From positions 224,001 through 288,000 of the forward strand of contig CAVUKA010000005.1 in assembly GCA_963741945.1 (NCBI GenBank): 64,000 nucleotides of DNA. The letters are read 5' to 3'. Below, in pieces: positions 57,613 to 64,000 of this stretch (positions within the stretch are counted from its first letter, which is position 1; each line of letters opens with the position of its first letter). A model generated the notes under the pieces. The model was not told the DNA's origin, searched no databases, and was given only the letters and a program-made list of their open reading frames with translations. This DNA is from an uncultured Gemmatimonadales bacterium (GTDB taxonomy: Bacteria > Gemmatimonadota > Gemmatimonadetes > Longimicrobiales > RSA9). A program made the translations under genes and the position numbers.

Positions 57613-58206
57613 TCAGCGGTCGGCCAGCGCGCCCGTCAGGCACTCCCGCCACTCGGCTTCTGCCTTGATCCGCTGCAGCGCCCGCCGCACGACCACATCG
57701 TTCCCGCGCTGGATCACTTTCCAGTACCGCACGAACTGACGCCTCGCCTCCTCGTCCGTGGCCTCCACGCGGGCTTCGTAGTGGAGAAGCGTGCGGCCGT
57801 ACCCTCCCGGCCTCGCCTCCGACGCCACCACCAGCTTGAGATAGCCCGGCTCCGAGAATGACGCGAAATCCTCCGCCGCCACCTTCCGGGGGCCATAATC
57901 CCGCCGCCAGAATCGTCCGATGGACCCCAGCGCGAGCGCCCGCCCGTCCTCTTCCGCCAGCTTCACCCACCCCGGTCCAACGTCCGGAATGTTCGTGAAC
58001 GACGCATCCCCGAGGTCGGGCCGTGCGCGCCCGAGGCGCCGGGCCACGCGGTTCGGAAGGTCCCGCACCGCGAAGAGCGTGGCGATCACGGGATCGCGAA
58101 GCTCGGTCCCCTTGATCACTGCCATCACCACTTCCGGAGCCGCGTCGACTTCCGTCTCGCGCACTTCGTTGAAGTCGGGCTCCGGTATGAATCGCTCGAT
58201 CAGCAT
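57613..58206 (-). CDS. Hypothetical protein (DUF2867-like)
   Basis: RBS GGAG; F.P..DF.E, G..GRFW, E.RV.ATD..ARR.F..YW..I. Confidence 0.65.
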   Translation of the reverse strand: MLIERFIPEPDFNEVRETEVDAAPEVVMAVIKGTELRDPVIATLFAVRDLPNRVARRLGRARPDLGDASFTNIPDVGPGWVKLAEEDGRALALGSIGRFWRRDYGPRKVAAEDFASFSEPGYLKLVVASEARPGGYGRTLLHYEARVEATDEEARRQFVRYWKVIQRGNDVVVRRALQRIKAEAEWRECLTGALADR

Positions 58207-58396
58207 CGCCGTGGCTCCTTCCCTCCTTCGGCCGCGCGCCGGCCGCGGATTCCCGCGCCCCGGCCACCCGGCCCCACATTGATGATGGACGCGCTGCACA
58301 CGGACGCCAGCAGGCAAACGCCGATGCTTCCGTGGGGGATTCCCCGCTACCCCCGCCCGCGCCGCGGTCACCCCCGCCTCACGCCCGCACGTCGCC

Positions 58397-58921
58397 TCAC
58401 GCCAGTCCACCACCGGGCGCGAGCTCGTCCAGGAAATGGGCGGCGAGCTCCGCACGACCGGCCAGCCCCGATTTCTGGTAGACGCTGACCGCATGCTGAC
58501 GGACCGTACGCTCCGAACGATCCGTCAGGCGCCCAATGGCCTTGTGCGTGTGCCCCTTCAGCAGGAAGAACGCAACTTCCCGCTCCGCGTCCGTCAGCTC
58601 CCACGCCGCGAACTCCGCTTCCATCATCCCCGCCAGCCCGTCCAGCGGCGGCCTGGCCGAGCGTCGCCCTCGGCCGTCCCCTTCCCCCCGTGCTCCCAGC
58701 GCGGCGCTCAGCACTTCACCCCGCGCCTGCGCCCGCCACCATCCCAGCCACAGCCCCACCGCGAGCAGGAGCGCGCCCCCATAGGTCAGCAGCTCGAATA
58801 CCACGTGCCCCGTCGTGCCCCCGGCCACATCCAGCCCCACGTTCACTGCCGCCACAGTCACGATCAGCACTACCACCAGGTGGAGCACGGTCCGCAGCGT
58901 TCGTGCGCTGATCTCGCCCAT
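58397..58921 (-). CDS. Membrane-anchored LuxR-type HTH regulator
   Basis: 2 TM then F..W.LT.AEREVA..LLKG...K.I......ERTVRQH...VY.K. Confidence 0.85.
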   Translation of the reverse strand: MGEISARTLRTVLHLVVVLIVTVAAVNVGLDVAGGTTGHVVFELLTYGGALLLAVGLWLGWWRAQARGEVLSAALGARGEGDGRGRRSARPPLDGLAGMMEAEFAAWELTDAEREVAFFLLKGHTHKAIGRLTDRSERTVRQHAVSVYQKSGLAGRAELAAHFLDELAPGGGLA

Positions 58922-58963
58922 GCCAGCCCCCCTTCTGCCCGTGCCCTGGCGCCCGGCAGCCGT

Positions 58964-58981
58964 ATCCGTCATTTGCCGGAT
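58964..58981. promoter_or_regulatory. Imperfect 18-bp palindrome, candidate LuxR-type operator
   Basis: ATCCGTCATTTGCCGGAT, 14/18 symmetric, between the divergent regulator and ccp. Confidence 0.45.
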
Positions 58982-59085
58982 CGTCGCGCCGGGCGCGGAA
59001 CACCAATTCTCCAACCAATCTCGACCGTCGCTCGCGCGGGCACAATGCGCGAGGCCCGCGACTCAATCGAACATCCGGGGGGAGC

Positions 59086-60150
59086 ATGAGGAGAATGGGA
59101 CAGCTCACGGCAATGGCGATCCTGGTGGCGGGCGCGGCGGCCGCCTGCGGCGGGAGCACGGGGGGTGACGAGGCGACGGCCAGCGTCGATCCGGATCTCA
59201 TTTCTGCGTTCGCCCCACTCCCGTCCGTCATGGCATCGGAGTCGAACCCGATCACGGCCGAGAAGGTCGCGCTGGGTCGGATGCTGTACTACGACACCCG
59301 CTTCTCGGTGAGTGGCGACGTTTCCTGCTACGTGTGCCATCCGCTCCACGATTACGGCACGAGCCACCGGTCCACGGGCGTGGGGCACAACGGGAAGCTC
59401 GGGCCCCGGAACGAGCCGACGGTCTACAATGCGGCGGGCCACGTGGCCCAGTTCTGGGACGGCCGTGCAGAGGACGTGGAGGCGCAGGCCCTCGGCCCGG
59501 TGTTGAACCCTGTCGAGATGGGGATCTCCCAGGAGTCGGACGTGGTGAGTATCCTGCGCTCGATGCCCGGATACGTGAATGCGTTCGAAGCGGCGTTCCC
59601 CGGTGACGCAGACCCGGTGACGTTCCGCAACTTCGGTCTGGCGGTCGGCGCGTTCGAGCGAGGGCTGGTCACGCCGTCGCGGTGGGATGCTTTCCTGGGC
59701 GGCGACGCGAGCGCGCTCACGGCGGAGGAGCAGGCCGGCCTCGAGCGGTTCGTGAGCGCAGGCTGCGTCGCCTGCCACGCCGGTGCGTACGTGGGCGGTG
59801 CCAGCTACCAGAAGGCCGGCCTGGTGCACGCGTGGTTCGACCTGAGCGACACCGGGCGCCAGCAGGTGACGGGGCAGGAGGCGGACCGGATGATGTTCAA
59901 GGTCCCGTCGCTCCGGAACGTCGAAGAGACCTGGCCGTACTTCCACAACGGCTCCGTTCAGCGCCTCGCCGACGCCGTCCGCCTTATGGGCTGGCATCAG
60001 GTCGGCGCGCAGCTCTCGGACGACGACGTGGCGGCGATCACCTCATGGCTGCGCACGCTGACCGGGCCCGTCGACTTCGACTACATCAACGAGCCCGTCC
60101 TGCCCTCCGGTCCCGAGCCCGCACTCCAGGAGGGCGTGGCGCTGCGGTAG
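59086..60150 (+). CDS. Di-haem cytochrome c peroxidase (lipoprotein)
   Basis: Lipobox AAAC; CYVCH and CVACH; QFWDGRA, NP.EM, FKVPSLRNV..T.PYFH.G. Confidence 0.95.
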   Translation: MRRMGQLTAMAILVAGAAAACGGSTGGDEATASVDPDLISAFAPLPSVMASESNPITAEKVALGRMLYYDTRFSVSGDVSCYVCHPLHDYGTSHRSTGVGHNGKLGPRNEPTVYNAAGHVAQFWDGRAEDVEAQALGPVLNPVEMGISQESDVVSILRSMPGYVNAFEAAFPGDADPVTFRNFGLAVGAFERGLVTPSRWDAFLGGDASALTAEEQAGLERFVSAGCVACHAGAYVGGASYQKAGLVHAWFDLSDTGRQQVTGQEADRMMFKVPSLRNVEETWPYFHNGSVQRLADAVRLMGWHQVGAQLSDDDVAAITSWLRTLTGPVDFDYINEPVLPSGPEPALQEGVALR

Positions 60151-60351
60151 GGGACGCGCAGGGTCGAAGCCCGCCGCGTTCGGCGGTACCAACGGCGCTC
60201 CTGGCATGGTCGGGAGCGCCGTTCTTCGCGCCATCGGCCCCTGCCCGTGATGCCCTTGCGGCCTGCCCGGGCCCGCCCGAACTTCGCACCCACGCGCGCG
60301 GCGCGGCGGAGGCGCGGGGCCTTCGTGTCACCTGGTGGAGCGAGAGATGTC

Positions 60352-61545
60352 ATGGATACGCAAGCATACCTGGAGCAGGCCGAGCGATACAGCGCACACA
60401 ACTACCACCCCCTGCCCGTGGTCCTCACGCGCGGTGAGGGGGTCTGGGTCTGGGACGTGGATGGCCGGAAGTACATGGACATGCTGTCGGCCTACTCCGC
60501 GGTGAACCAGGGCCATGCGCATCCGCGTATCGTGCAGGCGCTCATCGATCAGGCGCGGCGGCTCCCCCTCACTTCGCGCGCGTTCCAGAACGATCGGATG
60601 GGGCCGTTCCTGGAGCGCCTCTGTGAGATCTCCGGCTACGACAAGGCGCTCCCCATGAACACCGGGGCGGAGGCCGTGGAGACGGCCATCAAGGCCGTGC
60701 GCAAGTGGGGCTACGAAGTGAAGGGCGTTCCGGCCGACCAGGCGGAGATCCTGGTGTTCGAAGGCAATTTCCACGGCCGGACCACCACCATCATCAGCTT
60801 TTCATCGGAAGATCTCTACAAGCAGGGGTTCGGCCCGCTCACGCCGGGATTCCGGATCCTCCCGTACGGCGACCTGGAGGCCCTCTCGGAAGCCATGTCG
60901 GAGCGCACGGTGGGCGTGCTGGTCGAGCCGATCCAGGGGGAGGCCGGCGTGGTGGTGCCGCCCGACGGATTCCTCCAGGGGGCGCGCGAGCTGTGCGACC
61001 GCCACGGCGCGCTGCTGATCGCCGACGAGATCCAGACCGGCCTCGGCCGCACCGGCCGCATGTTCGCCAGCGACTGGGAGAACGTCCGCCCGGACGTGAT
61101 GATCGTGGGGAAGGCGCTCGGCGGAGGCGTGTATCCCGTGTCCGCCATCCTCGCGGACGACGAGGTCATGGAGGTGTTCACGCCCGGGAGCCACGGCTCC
61201 ACGTTCGGCGGCAACCCCCTGGGCGCGGCCGTGGGGCTCGCCGCCCTGAACGTGATCGTGGAGGAGCGCCTGCCGGAGCGGGCCGCGGAGCTCGGCGACT
61301 GGTTCATGGGCGAGCTGCGGGCCATGAACTCGCCCAGCATCCGACAGGTGCGCGGCCGGGGGCTGCTCATCGGCGTCGTCATGACCGGTCCCGCGCGACC
61401 GTATTGTGAAGCGCTGAAGGAGCGAGGGATCCTGGCCAAGGAAACCCACGAGGAGGTGGTCCGCTTCGCTCCGCCGCTCATCGTCACGAAGGAGCAGCTC
61501 GAGGCCGTGCTCCCGGAGATCCGCGAAGTGCTCGGGGCCGCCTGA
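60352..61545 (+). CDS. rocD: Ornithine--oxo-acid aminotransferase
   Basis: AHNYHPLPVV, SAYSAVNQGH.HP, PMNTGAEAVETAIK, DEIQTGLGRTG, HGSTFGGNP. Confidence 0.96.
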   Translation: MDTQAYLEQAERYSAHNYHPLPVVLTRGEGVWVWDVDGRKYMDMLSAYSAVNQGHAHPRIVQALIDQARRLPLTSRAFQNDRMGPFLERLCEISGYDKALPMNTGAEAVETAIKAVRKWGYEVKGVPADQAEILVFEGNFHGRTTTIISFSSEDLYKQGFGPLTPGFRILPYGDLEALSEAMSERTVGVLVEPIQGEAGVVVPPDGFLQGARELCDRHGALLIADEIQTGLGRTGRMFASDWENVRPDVMIVGKALGGGVYPVSAILADDEVMEVFTPGSHGSTFGGNPLGAAVGLAALNVIVEERLPERAAELGDWFMGELRAMNSPSIRQVRGRGLLIGVVMTGPARPYCEALKERGILAKETHEEVVRFAPPLIVTKEQLEAVLPEIREVLGAA

Positions 61546-61564
61546 GCCCGGGATCGAGCGCTCG

Positions 61565-61606
61565 CACGGAGCCGCGAAGGGCAGCCCCACTCTTCGCGGC
61601 TTCGTG
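61565..61606. terminator. Hairpin between convergent rocD and glnA, built from the REP-like motif
   Basis: CACGGAGCCGCGAAG ... CTTCGCGGCTTCGTG. Confidence 0.6.
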
Positions 61607-61664
61607 TGAACGTTCGATTGCGTGACCGCGCACCGGCCGCCGTCGCGTCTGTCTCCTGCGCGGC

Positions 61665-63095
61665 CTACACGTCGAAGTAGAGCATGACCTCGTACGGGTG
61701 CGGCCGCGCGCGCACCGGCTGGACCTCCTTCTCCCGCTTCACCCGGATCCACCGCTCGATGAGCGTGCGGCTGAAGACGCCGCCCTCCAGCAGGAACTCG
61801 TGGTCGCCGGCCAGCGCCTCCAGTGCTTCTTCCAGCGACGTGGGGAGCTGGCCGATGGCGGCACTGCGCTCGGCCGACAGCGAGAACACGTCCTCGTCGA
61901 CAGGTCCGAAGCCGTGGTCCGACGGCTCGATCTTCCGTTTCACGCCATCGATTCCGGCCATGAGCTGCGCGGCCATGGAAAGGTAGATGTTCCCGCTGGC
62001 ATCCGGCGGACGGAACTCCATCCGGACCGCGTCGCGTGCCGTGGCGTACTTCGGGATCCGCACGGCCGCGCTGCGGTTGGCGAGGGAGAAGAACGTCCGG
62101 ACGGGGGCCTCGAACCCCGGCACCAGGCGTCGGTACGAGTTCGTGCTCGGATTGGTCAGCCCGAGCAGCGCGGGTGCGTGCACGAGCAGCCCGCCGATGT
62201 ACCAGCGCGCCTCCTGGCTCAGGTAGGCGTAGCCGTCGGCGCTGTAGAAGAGGTTGTCGCCGCCCCGTCGCAGCTGCTGATGGAAGTGCATGCCGCTGCC
62301 CGCTTCACCGAACAGCGGCTTCGGCATGAAGGTGCTGGTCTGTCCGTGCCTGGCGGCGGTCATCTTGGCCACGTACTTCACGAGCATCCCCATGTCCCCG
62401 GCCGCCACCAGTCCCGCCAGCGGGATCTCCAGCTCCACCTGTCCGGGGCCACCCACCTCGTGATGATGGTACTTGACCGGCACACCCATGCCTGCCAGGT
62501 GCATGGAGATCTCGGACCGCAGGTTGTAGAGCCGGTCCGCCGGTGGCATCGCGTGATAACCACCATGCAGCGGGATCGTGTGACCGCTGGCGCCGTTCGA
62601 GCCCTTCGACATGGCCCATTCCGCCTCCCGCGACTCCACGCAGTACGATGCGCGGTTGACGCCGTTCTCGAACCGTACGTCATCGAACACGTAGAACTCG
62701 AACTCGGGCCCCCAGCGACTCGCGTCCGCCACGCCCGACGCCCGCAGGTACGCCTCCGCGTTGGCCGCGATGTTCCGCGGGTCGTGCGGGTAGGGCGCTT
62801 TCGTGTCCGCCTCGCAGGCGAAGCAGATGAAGGAGAGCGTGGCCGAGTCCCAGAACGGGTCGGGCGCACCGGTTCCCAGATCGGGAACCAGGACCATGTC
62901 ACCGGAGGCCACCCCCCGGAATCCCACGGCCGAGCCGTCGAAGCCGATCCCCTCCTCCAGCACATCCTCGTTGAAGTGGTCCGCCGGCACGGTGACGTGG
63001 TGCCAGCGGCCCCACAGATCCACGAACTTCAGGTCCACCATCCGCGTCTCGCTCTCGGCGATATAGCGGCGGACTTCCTGGAAATCCGAAAACAT
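61665..63095 (-). CDS. glnA: Glutamine synthetase type I
   Basis: FDGS, GPE.EFY, HHHEV..GQ.E, FMPKP..G..GSGMH, NSYRRLVPGFEAP, NRSA..RIP, EFR.PD. Confidence 0.97.
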   Translation of the reverse strand: MFSDFQEVRRYIAESETRMVDLKFVDLWGRWHHVTVPADHFNEDVLEEGIGFDGSAVGFRGVASGDMVLVPDLGTGAPDPFWDSATLSFICFACEADTKAPYPHDPRNIAANAEAYLRASGVADASRWGPEFEFYVFDDVRFENGVNRASYCVESREAEWAMSKGSNGASGHTIPLHGGYHAMPPADRLYNLRSEISMHLAGMGVPVKYHHHEVGGPGQVELEIPLAGLVAAGDMGMLVKYVAKMTAARHGQTSTFMPKPLFGEAGSGMHFHQQLRRGGDNLFYSADGYAYLSQEARWYIGGLLVHAPALLGLTNPSTNSYRRLVPGFEAPVRTFFSLANRSAAVRIPKYATARDAVRMEFRPPDASGNIYLSMAAQLMAGIDGVKRKIEPSDHGFGPVDEDVFSLSAERSAAIGQLPTSLEEALEALAGDHEFLLEGGVFSRTLIERWIRVKREKEVQPVRARPHPYEVMLYFDV

Positions 63096-63300
63096 CCTCT
63101 ACCCCCCATCGGCCCCGCCTTCAGGCCCGTCGTTAGCTGCGTCGCCGGCGCCCCACAGCGGCGCCTCCGTTGAAGCTAGCGAGCCCGGCCACCCGCGTCA
63201 CGCGGAGAACGCGAGTCGCGAAGCCGAAAGAGGCGGCACTCACGCGAACCACGGGAAGGACGGTGTGAGGGGACAGCCGTGCGCCAGGGCTCCAGGGCCT

Positions 63301-63666
63301 TCAGTCCGCGGCCGCGAGCAGAGCCTCTACCCGGACCACCATGTCCATGGGAGCGGCCGGTTTTGTGATCACAAGATCGCTGACCGCTTCAGCTGCAGTA
63401 AGCTGGTCAGGCAGAGCGCGGGCGGAGAACGAGACGATCAAGGGCCTCCCGCGCCCTGCGGCTCGGGCGTTTCGGACGAACGGTGAGTAACCCGGCACGT
63501 CCATGGGGAAGTCACCCACCACCACGTCTGGCTGTTCGGATCTCACCAACGCAAGTCCGACTTCGCCTTGCGCCGTCTCGAGGACAACATGACCGCGAAA
63601 CTCGAAGGCGGCACGCAGAATCTCCCGCGTGGCGCTATCGCGATCGACAAGCAGCACAACAGCCAT
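63301..63666 (-). CDS. Single-domain, atypical response regulator receiver
   Basis: GAGGG RBS; VLLVDRD, PDVVVGD.PM, FSA, ITKP. Confidence 0.75.
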   Translation of the reverse strand: MAVVLLVDRDSATREILRAAFEFRGHVVLETAQGEVGLALVRSEQPDVVVGDFPMDVPGYSPFVRNARAAGRGRPLIVSFSARALPDQLTAAEAVSDLVITKPAAPMDMVVRVEALLAAAD

Positions 63667-63862
63667 ACCACCCTCATGGGCAAGAAAGGCTTCAACTTGG
63701 ATCCCTCGAATATAGAAACCGGCGAAACGAACAAAAAGAAGGACGTGCCGCCAGGAGGAAGAATCCATGCGCGTCTCGTCCCGACCGCCCGCTGGCGCTG
63801 ATTCTCAACACGCTGCACTACTCTCGCCCATGAACTGTCTGCGCACCCCTCCGTGCTCGTTG

Positions 63863-63915
63863 CTGTGCTGTTCTGTGCTGTCCTGTGCCGTTCTGTGCCG
63901 TTCTGTGCCGTTCCT
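63863..63915. repeat. 10-nt tandem repeat (CTGTGCCGTT-like) x5
   Basis: ctgtgctgtt ctgtgctgtc ctgtgccgtt ctgtgccgtt ctgtgccgtt. Confidence 0.85.
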
Positions 63916-63931
63916 TGCCTCCTTCGCGCCC

Positions 63932-64000
63932 TTACAACCCGAGCCAGTAGCTGACCTTGATCAGCAGCACGTTGGTTCCCGCAGCGTTCCAGAGCGCGTT
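63932..64000 (-). CDS. 3' end of a gene entering from outside the window (outer-membrane beta-barrel, DUF5916-like C-terminus)
   Basis: Reads NALWNAAGTNVLLIKVSYWLGL-stop; the N.L..K.SYW beta-signal is typical of such proteins. Confidence 0.55.
   Translation of the reverse strand, partial: NALWNAAGTNVLLIKVSYWLGL

Noticed and set aside
63096-63300. Sigma54 promoter or glnA riboswitch upstream of glnA
   Set aside because: No GG-N10-GC consensus or recognisable aptamer seen
63568-63801. 77-aa + strand ORF in the AT-richer region
   Set aside because: Overlaps the receiver gene antisense and its likely promoter; no RBS or recognisable motif
1-64000. Prophage, IS or defence island
   Set aside because: No integrase, transposase, structural phage or recognised defence gene, and no extended low-GC segment

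Overview
A very GC-rich (roughly 70% by eye), gene-dense bacterial window with about 58 protein-coding genes. I found no rRNA, tRNA, CRISPR array, transposase or integrase. The gene repertoire suggests a Gemmatimonadota-like diderm, which is inference only. Ordinary content includes a HlyD/ABC-2 efflux operon, purE-purK, TerC, MATE, rhomboid, ggt, arfB, gltA, ppa, feoB, DPP-IV, nadE, an M28 peptidase, a metal ABC transporter, FadL, GGDEF, ccp, rocD and glnA. Most notable: (1) a tightly coupled operon of an NTT-type ATP/ADP-translocase-HEAT-cNMP fusion, a receiver protein, a membrane histidine kinase and a signal-peptide-bearing PI4K/FAM20-like kinase, with a second exported kinase of the same fold about 9 kb away, together a candidate extracytoplasmic phosphorylation system; (2) a membrane-anchored, catalytically degenerate half-DEAD-box protein fused to a cold-shock domain, followed by a candidate ~115-nt structured RNA with its own promoter-like motif and U-tract; (3) a membrane-tethered DtxR-FeoA-FeoA regulator with a clear operator; (4) a dispersed REP/MITE-like family and several intergenic minisatellites. 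All calls come from reading motifs by eye; no searches were run.
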